Shown: positions 1 to 11,850 of the stretch, one piece after another
Layout of the letters: every line of letters begins with the position of its first letter
How positions within the stretch are numbered: the stretch's first letter is position 1
Assembly (NCBI GenBank): GCA_010909165.1
Contig: VJWM01000011.1
Location: forward strand, 868,001-932,000
Direction of reading: 5' to 3'
Origin: Anthoceros angustus
Lineage: Eukaryota > Plantae > Anthocerotophyta
DNA length: 64,000 bases
Notes under the pieces: model-generated
What the model was told of the DNA's origin: nothing
The model's database searches: none
The model's input: only the letters and a program-made list of their open reading frames with translations
Translations under genes and position numbers: made by a program

Positions 1-1
1 G

Positions 2-1465
2 AAGCGGAGGGTAAGAATCAAGACATTTCTAGGACTTCTGAAGGACCAGTTGGAAAAAGGATTAGCATTCGCAACCAGTACCTTTGCAGGCATGCATATA
101 GCAGTGCTCATGGCAACCAGCCGTGAAGAGTGCCTCCCAGAGGAAAAGCATGTGCAAACCATCCTCTCAGCAGGGACAGGGTCGAGGGTACGAGTGGCCT
201 TCTGCGTGAGGGCCCTGGTGAAGAGGTTGCAGAAGACAAGGAAATGGGCTGTGGCATTGAAGTGTCTCGTGGTCATCCATCGCACACTCCATGAAGGAGG
301 GTTCCTGTTCCAAGATCATCTCGCTGCACTTGCTAACGGAGGCCGTGACTTCCTCAACTTGTCCAATTTTAAGGACGACTCTGGACCTTTGGCTTGGGCA
401 CTCTCTTCCTGGGTGAGAAGGTATGCACATTTTCTAGACGAACGTCTGATCTGCTGCAAGGTGGTGGGCTCGTTTCTGGACAACAAAAGTCGACATGTAG
501 GGGAAAGGGTGCCTTACTTGGCAACGGAGGAGCTGTTGGAGGATGTCTCTGCTCTACAGTCACTCTTGAAGCAAGCTTTTGAATGTGAGGTGGATAGAAT
601 TGCGGCAGAAAATGAACTCATTTTGGAGGCTCTGAGACTAGTGGTTCGAGATAGCTACCTTGTACAGGAGGAACTCAGCTTTCGGCTAAAAGAAATGATG
701 GCAAGATTAGATGTCTTACGGCTTGCTGAGGCCCTGCAGCTCCTCCACGTCTGCAGGAAAGCTTCTGAGCAGACAGAGAGGCTGGTCGAATTCTGTGAAC
801 TATGTGAGGCTTCTGGCATATCAGAGGCTTGCACGATCCCCGAGAGGATTGAGTTTTCAGACCTGGATCTCCGGAAGGTGAATCAGGCTATCAAAGCAGC
901 GTCGACACAGCCTTCGATGATATCCTTGCTGCGAGCTGAAACTCTAAGTAGACACACAGGTGCGACAGGCCGCTTTTCATTCAGCAGTGCTCCAGAGGCA
1001 GTTGTTCAGGGCTTGAGAAGATCCCGCTCAAGTTCAGAAAAGGGGTCGGGCGGCTTTCGAGCTCAGTCATCCCCTCCTTCACAGATCAATGGGGTGTCAA
1101 CGAGGGGAGTTGGAGACAATCATGCAATTCAAGGCAAGTCGGGTGGGTTAGCATCTTCAAGAGGAGACTTGCAGCCTGGAGCAGTGGTACCTCTTGAGGG
1201 TCTACTACCCATGATGCCTCCCCTGAATAGCTATCAAGGTTATGCTGTCCAGCCGTCTCTTGAGGTCCCCCATCGTTCTTCGCAGGGTAATGGAGTGGGT
1301 GTGAGTGATGTTAGAAACTCCAATTTTCCTGTGTTGCATAGGTCACCATCACCATTGGCAGGAAAAACATCTGTTTCTGAAGGAACAGAATGGGAGAGCA
1401 CACTCTTGGAATCTTTGAAGACCTTGGAGTTTGACAACAGGTCCTTCCCATCTCTTAAGCTGTAG
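2..1465 (+). CDS. ANTH/ENTH-domain clathrin assembly protein (PICALM/AP180/CAP family), 5'-partial
   Basis: The frame is open from the window edge (KRRVRIKTFLGLLKDQLEKGLA...). It has plant ANTH hallmarks: IAVLMATSREECLPEEKHVQTIL, LVKRLQKTRKWAVALKCLVVIHRTLHEG, FLNLSNFKDDS, WVRRYAHFLDERL, and a low-complexity C-terminal tail with a EWESTLLE motif. Confidence 0.9.
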   Translation, partial: KRRVRIKTFLGLLKDQLEKGLAFATSTFAGMHIAVLMATSREECLPEEKHVQTILSAGTGSRVRVAFCVRALVKRLQKTRKWAVALKCLVVIHRTLHEGGFLFQDHLAALANGGRDFLNLSNFKDDSGPLAWALSSWVRRYAHFLDERLICCKVVGSFLDNKSRHVGERVPYLATEELLEDVSALQSLLKQAFECEVDRIAAENELILEALRLVVRDSYLVQEELSFRLKEMMARLDVLRLAEALQLLHVCRKASEQTERLVEFCELCEASGISEACTIPERIEFSDLDLRKVNQAIKAASTQPSMISLLRAETLSRHTGATGRFSFSSAPEAVVQGLRRSRSSSEKGSGGFRAQSSPPSQINGVSTRGVGDNHAIQGKSGGLASSRGDLQPGAVVPLEGLLPMMPPLNSYQGYAVQPSLEVPHRSSQGNGVGVSDVRNSNFPVLHRSPSPLAGKTSVSEGTEWESTLLESLKTLEFDNRSFPSLKL

Positions 1466-2149
1466 TCAAGGGGGTATTAGCTTTGCAGGTACATCAAATC
1501 TAAGCTCCACTACAGCACCCCACATCCAACAGGATTCTACAAGTACCACTGAGAGCTTGGAATTTCAGTCCTCTGTACCAGCTCCTCAATCCCAGGCAGG
1601 GCTAGCTCGACGGAAACATCGTTTGAGTCTGCAACACGACCTGGTTGAGGGGCAACGTCAGCAACAGCCAATAGCAGGACCTCTTTTTGCACCTCAACCA
1701 CTGTATCCTGACTATTTCGGATCCGTCCTTGTAGACGGCAATGGGCTGGCTGCTCCTTTGCCTAGATGACATGCCATTTGACGCGGACAGTCTACTAAAG
1801 ACATCTCGCGTTGTAGTCAAGCGCCATTTATTTTCTTCTGCTCAGTTCAGGACTCCTACCGAGGCTCCACAGGGCAGATTAGACTAGGGCTTGAACTCTA
1901 TCTAAGCTTGTCCTGATGCAAGCGAAGATCAGGGCTTGGATCTAGGGGAACGAAAATAGTCCTGAAGAGAATCTGCAGGGATACTGCCGGGGGCAGGTTG
2001 TATAAACCATATATAGAGATGCATTGTAACATTCCCTGTTCATATGACCGCTGCCAAGGAAAGGAGGAACAACTTTTCGGTAAGGAGCTGCAGGCTGCTG
2101 CTGTTGCCAACGAAGGCTTCGGAGTGTGCAGTGGCACCCGGCAATTCTA

Positions 2150-2781
2150 TCAGGTTGCAGTCATCGCTAGAATAAACTCTTCATACTTCAGGCAACCATC
2201 ATGGTCCAAGTCGAGCTCAGAAAATGCCTGGCTCGCTATGTCTCTCCTGAAAAGCGGAGCATGCTTCTTCAGAGTTGACAGGAACTCCTCCTGTGTGATA
2301 GACCCCTGACCTGGCAAGCCATGGCGAGATCAAGCACACAGCACGACAAGACGATGTTGCTTCCACCACACCACCAGCCATATCAATACACAGCTTGCCT
2401 TTGCGGGTCACGAGGGCCTCAAATGCGCTACGGAAGTATTCCTGAGGTTTCACAAACTGCACTCTGTCCACCATAAGCCTCACAAACATGGCCAGATCCA
2501 CCTTCTGGTCGAAGGAAGCTGCAAGAATGGCATGCACTTCGGCCTGCACCGTCTCCGACAAATCATGAGCACATTCTCCTGTGTTCAATGAAATCCGCAC
2601 TTTGAGAGCTAGCAAACCGCAGCTGTGGCACCTTGGATGGTTTGCGTCCGAAAAGCGAGAGCATAGCGCACTTGAGCTGGTGCTTGGACAGGCAGCCGCG
2701 CTTCTCCGTGTCCCAGGTCTCGAAGGCGCTTCTGATGTCGCTCTTACGCACATGCGGACAAACACGCTTGTCTCCCACCAT
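2150..2781 (-). CDS. Small EF-hand calcium-binding protein (EFCAB11/centrin-calmodulin-like), 3 exons
   Basis: Exon 1 reads MVGDKRVCPHVRKSDIRSAFETWDTEKRGCLSKHQLKCAMLSLFGRKPSK. Exon 2 reads AEVHAILAASFDQKVDLAMFVRLM...EYFRSAFEALVTRK. Exon 3 reads GQGSITQEEFLSTLKKHAPLFRRDIASQAFSELDLDHDGCLKYEEFILAMTAT*, containing the EF-loop DLDHDGCLKYEE. Plausible splice sites join the exons in frame. Confidence 0.8.
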
Positions 2782-5700
2782 CTTGTCAGCGCTTGTCAGC
2801 GCCGGTGCCGGTGCCGGTGCTGGCCAGATGCTCGCAGGCGGCAGCTTTCCAAAGCGTGCCGCCCCTTAACGGCGGTGTGCGAATGCTAGTTAGGCGCCGG
2901 GCAGAGCCAAGAAACGGAGCAGGCGGTTAAGAGCCGTTAAGCCTTCAGCTGCAACGGACAGACACGCCACCGGAGCCTCGCCTCCTCCGCCGGCAGTTAT
3001 CTCCCCCTGCGCCTCGTCTTCCCTCCTCCCCTCGCCTTTTCCCTGCGCCACCTTCTCCGTTGCTTCACCCTTGTACATATCCTCCTCTCCCCCCGCCACT
3101 GCTTTCCCGCATCGATCGCCTTCTTTGTACATTCTGTTTTTGAGGGGCCTGTCGGAGCCAGTTGCTCCGGAGCGCGTTTGTTTTTGCGTTTCTTTGCTTG
3201 TTGTTGGAGCTTTTTGTACATACTAGATAGCGGCTCCCGAGGACTTTGCTCCTCACACTTTTTATGCATGTTTCTTCACACTCGTTTGCTTTGCTTGAAC
3301 GTGTACATACATTTGACGACGCGTTTCAAAATTACATGTAGGATCGGTGTAACATAACGTTGTTACCTTTCTTTGTGTAAAGGGTTTCTATGCATGATCG
3401 TCCTGAGGCCTGTGTTGTTTGCTTCCGAGTGACGATCCGGATTGTGTATAAGGATTTTGAGATTCAGGAGTATTGTTTAGGTTCTGAGCAAGCGGTCTCT
3501 GTCTGTTTTTAGGACACTTCATCTTGACCTTGCGCAGAAGTCAGTTTTGCAAAGGAGAACGTAGGAGAAATGCAGAGTGTAACATTTGTCAAAAGAGATT
3601 CACGCTTGTAACATATGTTAGGCGGAACATTTTTTTGAGCACTTGAACTTGGTCTGTTGTTTTTTGTTTGGCTAGATCGACGTTCTTCCAGTCTTTGAGA
3701 CCTAACATGGCATTTGCAGGAAGCATCTTTGTTGCTTTGATCCTTCGTGACTCGGCTAAGCGGTCACCACGATACCATTGGTTTAGGCATTTCGCACACA
3801 ACTGGGATTTAGTAGTATAGGACAACTCACAATAGAGCCTGCTAGTCTGTATGGCTGCAGATGGACATAGGATAGCTTAATGTAGGACTGATTTGTAATG
3901 TCAGCACTTGGGAAATATTGTTGCAAATGGAGATTGGAACGGGCATGAAACCTGGATAGGTTCCTATCGAAGCTCGGTTCCAGTCTGTTGGATTCATGAG
4001 GAATGCTTAGTGTAGCAACGTTGTTGTTGTTTCTTCAGGCCTTGTCTGCATATTTCATTCAGGTCAGCCAAGATTGTAGAATAGATCTCCATTTGCTGCT
4101 GTAGTCTGTAGAGCGTTTGAGTTAGCTACGTCAGTTTAGAGTAGAAATTAGTGTGAAAATTAAGAAGGCATGGATTCTCGGCAACAGCTGCAAAGCTCAT
4201 CTCCGTCGACAGGATGGATTCCGGCGTTGAAGTTCATGTGGCGATACTTGAGGGCCACGCCTTGGCTGTGTGACGGGCTTGTTCTAGGCGCCACCGTTGC
4301 TGCCATCTCTTCCACATCCGCGCTTGCCTTTTCTTCAGCTTTGATGAGGTATCCACATCGATCCCTCCTGTCATTTGTTAGTAATACACCTGTTGCTGTG
4401 GCCTAGAGGAAATTGCAGAGAATGCCATGAAACTTGTTGCAGTGTCGGATTGCAGTCCGTTGAACGAGAGAAAGCAGTCCTGTCATGCATGTAGACATTA
4501 GAGTCGGTGGAGAACTGAAGAGCTGTGTGAAAGGCTCCCCGCCTGATGTGATGTGAACGTAACTTGTGTTGTTGAAGGTTTCCGAAACTGAGCGGTGGCA
4601 CGTCGACATCAAGCGCGACTGCATTGCGGCAGGCGGTGTTTGACACAGCCTGCCATGAATGCAATGCGTTGCGGCTCTTCTCGCTAACCCCCAGACCCTC
4701 GTCCAGCAACTCAGCAGTGTTAGGTGGCCACGTCTCCACTCTGCTGGGATTTTCCACCGACACTCTCATCACCGAGACCTTCATGTCGTTCCTCATTTCC
4801 TTCATCATAGTCACGTTCTCCGTTTTTCTGGTGAGGGAAATGAGATGAGAAGCTTCAGCCGGACTAGCATGCTTCTATGGCCAAGAGAGTCTGCGACAAA
4901 AGCTGATGATACACCCAGGGACAGCATCTCCAGGAATTCGGAACAAGATTGTAATCGTGAGTAGAATGACATCCCTTTTCCTCAGTTAAATGATTTGTTT
5001 GTGCTCAGCTCGTTTAATGCTTTGTCCTAATCATGCCAAGCTACTTTTGCTTGGTTCGCGATCGATGGCATCAGAAAGGAGGCTTTGCATACAGGCAGGC
5101 AGCCAAGATGGAGAAGGACGGCGTGACAGAATCAGAAGCAGAGGCAGAAGCGTGCAACATATGTACACAGCATGTGCCTTTGTGCTCCATCGGGTGAGAT
5201 GAATGGAAACACTTTTGCTGGCAGTGCAGCACTGTGGTGAAGGACTCTGTTGTGTAAGGGTGTGGATCACTGACACCTTGGCAGTTGCATCTGCAGGACG
5301 GAAAATAGATAACATTTAGGTTTTCGTGGAAGGAGTGAAGGCAAGGCAAGGCAAGAAGGCCAGCTTACAAGAGGCCCCACCTGTCGCTGGCCTGGCTGGA
5401 GCAATTGATTTGTGGAGAGAAATTGTTTTCATGAATAGAGTAGCTAGCAGTTTTACTGCAACTGCGCAACGAATGGTGAGGCCAAATACAAAGTGATGGT
5501 CCGCAGGCCGGCAGGGTGGCAGGGACAGGAGGGGTCAACATGCTTGCTTGTCAATGTCACAAGCTCCGCGGGGATTTGGTTCCAGGCTTGGGGACTGCAG
5601 TGCACCGGCCAGCACATGGCCCCGTGGGGTGGGGACCCACGCCTTTGGGGCCGCCTGTGATCCTCCAGAACTTTCGACGCACTACACTTCGCACTGCACA

Positions 5701-6119
5701 AACATGTCTCGCAACTCGGCCAGGGGCGTTGCTTGTAGGTTGCGGCACCTGGGCTTCCAAGCCCCTCACGGACCTCCAAGCTCCTGTCCAGTCCGGTCGA
5801 GTGCAGTGTCCATTGCGAGTCACAAAAGGCCTGGCCCACCCATTCGGGCTGGCTCCAGGACTGGTGCCCAGGAACCCTGAACCTGTGAACTCCTTGTGCT
5901 TGTCGCTGTACACCACATGACATGACTGGACATGCATTGAAGGGAATCATTTTAGCTCCAGTCCGCAATTCGTGCGTCTAATGTGTACTGTCTAATATGA
6001 TAGATTTTAAATTGTTAGTTTAGTATAGGAAAGATGGCTAGTCTAACAGAGGAAAGATGGTTTTAATGACTTGTTAGGTAGTGTATATATCTACCTTATC
6101 TATAGATGTGGTATCCATA

Positions 6120-6870
6120 AGCTACTAAAACTTAAAGGTCAAACTTAAACAAGAGAATCAATCCGACGAGTCTGGGTTAGTCTTAAACTAAAACTCAAAC
6201 AGAAAAATCAATCAACGATTCTTAAGCTAAAACTCAAACAAGAAAATCAATCATTAAGTCTAAAGCTAAAACTCAAACAAGAAAATTAATCATTAAGTCT
6301 AAAGCTAAAACTCAAACAAGAAAATCAATCATTAAGTCTAAAGCTAAAACTCAAACAAGAGAATCAATCAACGAGTCTGGACTACTCTAAAGCTAAAAAT
6401 CTAACGAGAATCTAAAGCTGAAACTCAAACAAGAGAATCAATCAACGAGTCTAGACTAGTCTAAAGCTAAAAATCTAACGAGAATCTAAAGCTGAAACTC
6501 AAACAAGAGAATCAACTAACTCAAATAAGAGAATCAATCAACAAGTCTAAACTCTCGTCTAAAGCTAAAACTCTAACAAGAGAATCAAGTAGACTAGCTC
6601 AAACTCTAATAAGAGAAGCAATCAACGAGCCTGGACTAATCTAAAGCTAAAATTCTAACAAGAGAATAGATCAATGAGTTTGAACTAGTCTAAAGCTAAA
6701 ACTCTAATAGGACAATCAATCAAGCTTAAACTCTAACAAAGGAATGAATCAACGACTTTGGACTACTCTAAAGCTAAAACTCTAACAAGAGAACAAATCA
6801 ATGAACCTGGACTAGTCTAAAGCTGAAACACTAACAAGAGAATCAATCAAACTCTAACAAGAGAATCTAA
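6120..6870. repeat. Degenerate A-rich tandem repeat/minisatellite (~39-50 bp units)
   Basis: Recurring unit CTAAAGCTAAAACTC(A/T)AACAAGAGAATCAATCAACGAGTCTGGACTAGT, with near-perfect 39-bp copies at about 6225-6360. Confidence 0.9.
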
Positions 6871-7109
6871 AGCAGGTTTCGAATGCATAGGCACACTCTG
6901 CGAAGAAAACTTTACTTATCGAATACTAGGTTGGAGGAATTTCTTTTTTTAACTAACAAATAGAAGAAGTTGCAGAGTTAATAGATTCCATTTTATCGGA
7001 TGCTAGTAAAAGAGTTACATGGGATGTGAAGGTGGTGATGCGGTTGCTTTGTGAAATAAAAATATCTAATTGTCTATTACGTACAAATTCAAAATCCTAG
7101 TTTTTTTCA

Positions 7110-8300
7110 GGAGCTCGGTCCTCTTTGCCCCATCATGGCCTCCCGATTCTTAATTTGGGACTCGTGCATTTTGGAGGCGTTCGTCTCGGGGGTTGAGGAG
7201 GGGGTATTTCTCTAACATGCGTCCTTAAGAGCGGCCAGGGTCTCTATCCTCTCAGGCTAGGGCCGCCATGCCTCTTTTCTCCTCCCTCCCCGAGGTTGGG
7301 ATGTGGGGCTTCAAGAATCACTTCTGGAGAAGCATTATGGGCAGGCGCAGTTGGACCTTCTTCGGGATTCCTCCATTCCCAGGCCCACCCGTGCTTCGAC
7401 TTCGCTCTTGTTCGGGGAAGAGAGCAAGTTCCTGGCTTCTGGCTCGTCCCGGTATCCAAGCGTTCCGCATCGCACTAGCAACCTTTTCTACCGCGATGCG
7501 TTTTCGCCTGGGTCAGGTCCAACCTTTGGCCCATTCTCTCTCTGCTTGCGGCTATGGGGTTTCCCTTGATGACCCTGGAACCCATCTGGCTTGCACTATC
7601 CCGCTGGCGGGCAGCGCATTGCTACACATGACGCCATCCGGGACATCATGTTTTCGGTGGCCAAGGAGGGCGGCTTTTTTCCATATAGGCAGCATCCCTA
7701 CACCTTGCTCAATGGTGTGTCTCTCAAGGCTGACCTTTTCTTAACTCGGAGGGACCAGGTTTTTGTCGCCGATGTGGTTGTAACAGAGCCCACCCAGGAT
7801 AGTGTCTGTGAGCACGTTATCCTCAACCCCCTGAGTTGGGTGGCGGAAGGCTACGCGATGACCAAGGTCCACAAGTACTCTCCTATGCAGAACAGCCACA
7901 CTTTTATCCCCCTCGCCATCAAGACTCACGGGACCATGGGTCGGGACTTCTCGAAGTTCTTCAAGGCCTGTGCTAAGGCTTACCACGATCGCAGGAACGG
8001 GGTTGGTCTCCCCCTTTCTTGTATTGTGTCTTTCTTCAGGCAACGGGTGTCCATCGCTCTACATAGAGCGTTGGCGAACGCGGAGTACAGGACAGTGAGT
8101 AGCACAGGGGAGGCGGCTCTCTTCGGCGGCGGTGGTAGGTGGGCCCTTTCTTATTCCCCATCACGAGATTCTTAGAGCGGTAGGTAGTTTTGAGAAAAGC
8201 GATAATGGGAGTTCGTCCCCCTTGGCCTAGTGCCCTTAGTTGGGTTCACCCCTTTTTTCTCATTGTAGATGGTATTTTTGCATCTCTTTTCTTTCTACAT
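7110..8300 (+). mobile_element. 5'-truncated non-LTR retrotransposon with restriction-like endonuclease (CRE/R2-group), C-terminal part
   Basis: Frameshifted ORFs 7268-7744 and 7591-8175 give ASSWLLARP...FSTAMRFRLG, a CxC..H..C knuckle (ACGYGVSLDDPGTHLAC), GGQRIATHD, ADLFL...VADVVVTEP, KVHKY, FIPLAIKTHG and FRQRVSIALHRA. This is the order of motifs typical of CRE-clade elements. Confidence 0.8.
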
Positions 8301-9929
8301 AAAGTCTCCTCGAGTCTCACAAGAAAACACTTGCAAAAAGATATATAGATAGATTTCCTAGACTACATCGCATAAATGCAAGCTGCCTGACCTAACCAGG
8401 TCATTTCAAGCAAAGTTGCTGTTTAGAGATATATTTTAAAGTCCAGAATCCCATGGAAGGATTTTCAGAAGTTCAGACCATAGGTCTCCTAATTCATAAG
8501 CAGTCCCCGTGTGTGAGAGATCCAGCATATGCCCAGCCCTCCTTAGTATCAGTATGTCACATTTGTAGCGTGCACACATATGATTGTGTAAAGGCATGCA
8601 GTGTGTCTGGCGATTTCCCCCGTCAGCCAGTTGGTAAATAGTTAGACAACCTACATCGAATCAGCCAGAAAGTAAACCAGTCTGTCTACAAGCACTCCTG
8701 CATTTTTCAGCATGCTAGCAACCAGGATCTACAGGCAAATAGGAACATCAGCTGTTCATGAGAAAGAAAAATCATGCATGTCACCATTCATTTCGTCGTG
8801 GTATACCAAAGTAGCATAACAGACCAGTTCACCATATGTGGCCCATGGCTGGTATGTCACCCTGGCAAGTTATCAAAAACCTTAACCGCAAGCATCCTTG
8901 TAGCAAGGAAGTGTGTGCATCCATTGCCTGTCTCGTTCTCTCTCCAAACTGCTGACCAGTCTCAATATCACAAACCCACGTGCATCCTTGCAGCAAGCAA
9001 ACAGTGTGCATCATTGCTTGCATTGTTTTCTCTAGGCCGTTCATCAGTCTCAATCATCAAACACCCATGGATTTTTAATGTTGTAGCATTAAATTCAAGA
9101 CGCTTTGCATTTGCTACAGCCTAAACAACTTGAAAGACGTTGGCCCTTCAATCTTCGGAGAGATATTTATGATGCGGGAGAAGTTATGTGGAGATGGCAT
9201 TCGGATTCTTAAAAACAAGTTAACACTTTGGTGATTCCACATATATGTTTTAGTAGCAAAATTTCTTCCTATTTTGAGAGAGAGGTTAATTCATAATCGA
9301 AATGCTCCATGGAACACGCGTACAATTTTAAGAGCGGCTGGCTTTTCCTTCTTAGACTTTAATTGAAGCGGTACAGCATAAGCATCTCCTTCTTTGTAAA
9401 GCCTTGACCATGCTTCCTTTGTGAGAGGGCCTGGTGGCTGTTGGAAATGTGAAAGTTTTCACTGTGTTGTGATGTTTTTCTTTGAGTTTCTAACCACAAT
9501 TGGTCAGCTTTTTAAAGTGTTTTTTGGTTAATTTTTCTTAAGAGTCTTTCCAAAACTCACAAGTCTCTTTGAGGTCTTTCAAAAATTTCTAACCTCGTAT
9601 GAACATCATTTTCTCGACTTCTTCATATTAGTTTAGGTTGTAGACCTCAAAAATAGCTCCCCAAACATAATTATGTACTTGGGCACTCAAAATGAGGCTT
9701 GAAGATACAAGGGAGACTTCTATTTTGAAATTTTATCGAGGTAAAAAATTGATGGAAAAAGCCCATCTTGCAGAGGACGATCGAAGGGACCTTGAGGGTC
9801 AAGATGAAAAGGAGCAACTAAGCTTCCTGACATAAGTCACCGATTGCAGCTACGATGTCGTATGTGTGAAAAGTTAGTTAAAGAGCAATTGAGACTCGCT
9901 ATCTAAAGAAAGCTGTGAAGTAAGAAAGG

Positions 9930-10270
9930 GACAGCCCCGCACCGTGCAGGCATGATAAGCCTTGACGCAAGCATGATAAGCCTTGACGCAAGACTTGATA
10001 AATGTATGAAAGTCCTTAAGTAATGCCCAATACGTTCAAAGGCGAGTGGAATGAATTGTTGGCCCGCTTGCATCCTGCTATACTTCTTGACTAGTGGAAT
10101 GAATTGGTGGCTCTCTTGCATCCCGTTATACTTCTTGACTTTGAGAGTCGGCACTCTGGCAGCAGCCCAACATAGACGGGTAGTGATAACTTGAGCAGCC
10201 CAACATGGACGGTTAGTGATAACTCGAGCAGCTCAACATGGACGGTTAGTGATGACTCGAGCAGAGATGG
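9930..10270 (-). mobile_element. Decayed fragment of a related CRE-type RLE retroelement with internal tandem duplications
   Basis: KVKKYNGMQESHQFIPL and KKYSRMQAGQQFIPLAFERIG match KVHKYSPMQNSHTFIPLAI of the 7.6-kb element. There are ~30-bp tandem repeats at 10160-10262. Confidence 0.6.
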
Positions 10271-10399
10271 TGTCGCGTGCCACACCCGCCACCGAAAGCT
10301 ACCCGACATCTGTTACACACTTCTATTTGACATTGAGATGAAAAGTATGGGTGACCAATCCATACGGAGTTAATGTGTAGCATGATCTGGGTGTGGTTT

Positions 10400-10580
10400 T
10401 GGATTGTGTGGTATGTCATGATGTGACTTGAAGAGTCCTTGAACATATGATATGGTTTTGGATTGGGTGGTACATATGTCATGACGAGACTTGAAGAGTC
10501 CTTGAATATGTGCTGTGGTTTTGGACTGTGTACTATGTCATGTCATGATGGACTTGAAGAGTACTTGAATATGCGATGTG
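10400..10580. repeat. Degenerate tandem repeat (~60-65 bp, 3 copies)
   Basis: Repeated GACTTGAAGAGT(C/A)CTTGAA(C/T)AT core. Confidence 0.7.
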
Positions 10581-11062
10581 ACTTAAATGACCGGTCTTTG
10601 TGTCGGAACGTTAACATGATAAAGTCATTTTGACGTACATGTAACGAGATGATGTTCCTTCATATATGTACAACCATACGTACCTATTTTGAATCTTTGA
10701 GTTGTCGGGACCCATACGTTCCTTTCTGAATGGACAACCATATGTGCCTGTTTTAAATCTATCCGTTGTCGGGAACCATATGAACATAATCCATGATAGA
10801 TGTACAACCAAATACATACAGTACATATATATAACTTCGTACATGTTTTGAATTTATGGTTGTCGGGACTCATACGAACATAGTACAAAACAAAACAATA
10901 GAACATTTATTTACGTATCATTGATATTGTACGCCATCTAACGGTTACATATTGGGAGTGATCGTGCATTGTACATGTGGAAGATTAACTCAAAAAGTGA
11001 AAGGTCAACTCACGCAAACCTTCGCCCACAAAAAGTGGGACTTGTGCATTCCACAAACCGCA

Positions 11063-11215
11063 GATGACTATAGCTATGATACTTTGGGACAATCAATAAC
11101 TTGAATAAGAGCCCGAGTGACTATAACTATAACAGTTTGGGGCAATCAATAACTTAAATAAGTTCCCACATGACTGTAACCACGACAGCTTGGGGCAATC
11201 TATAACTTGAATAAT
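11063..11215. repeat. Degenerate tandem repeat (~53 bp, 3 copies)
   Basis: Repeated TGACTATA/GTA...TTGGG(A/G)CAATC(A/T)ATAACTT(G/A)AATAA. Confidence 0.7.
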
Positions 11216-11734
11216 AAACGGACATGCCCCCACTCATTTGCCATGGCTTTTCTCCTCATCTCTAGAGACCAGGAGAAACAGAATCATCGTTTCCATTGCG
11301 GACTTTGCACATGAATAATCCCCTAAACAGAAAGAGAGAAATACGTTACCCATTTATGTCTTGTAGTGTATTAAAACCTAATTAAGTATTCTGAGAATGG
11401 CTGGGTCCAGCAGTGTAGGAGAGGCGGACATGGTGCATGTAAAAGTATGCGTGTACATAAGTACGTAAGGTGGCAGAGCCGGTTGCGGGTTGCCGACAGG
11501 TCGCTTTACAAGACCCCTGAAGACGGGTGGTGAGTGGGGGAGGGGGGGCTCCGGGCCCCGGGCCCCGGGGTCCGGGGCCCGCTCGGCGTGCTGTGCCGTC
11601 GACGTCGTCCAGTGGCATTTATGGGTGGCACTGTTGGGGATAAGACCCGAGGCCACTGCAAACTCTGGCACTCGCCATCATCACTGTACCTCCACCTCTG
11701 CTTTGCTGTGTCTTTGTGTGCGAAACGCAACGCC

Positions 11735-11850
11735 GGACACGGACACGGACACGGACACGGACAAAGACACGGGCTCGCCTTGTCTGCCTAACCGCCACCC
11801 TCGCATATGCATATATGTATGCCTATGTATATGTATATGCATATGCTTAT
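11735..11850. repeat. Adjacent hexamer microsatellites (GACACG)n and (ATATGY)n
   Basis: Read directly from the sequence. Confidence 0.85.

Noticed and set aside
3550-4850. Minus-strand ORF fragments (LCAKCLNQW...; MMKEMRNDMK...) as a decayed LTR-retrotransposon gag
   Set aside because: Only a vague zinc-knuckle resemblance, with no protease, RT, integrase or LTR pair visible.
5453-5968. Overlapping 110-170 aa ORFs on both strands
   Set aside because: GC-rich stretch with no recognisable motif. The ORFs are likely chance.
6120-6870. CRISPR-like array or telomeric repeat
   Set aside because: The units are contiguous and degenerate with no unique spacers, the context is eukaryotic, and the sequence is not TTTAGGG.
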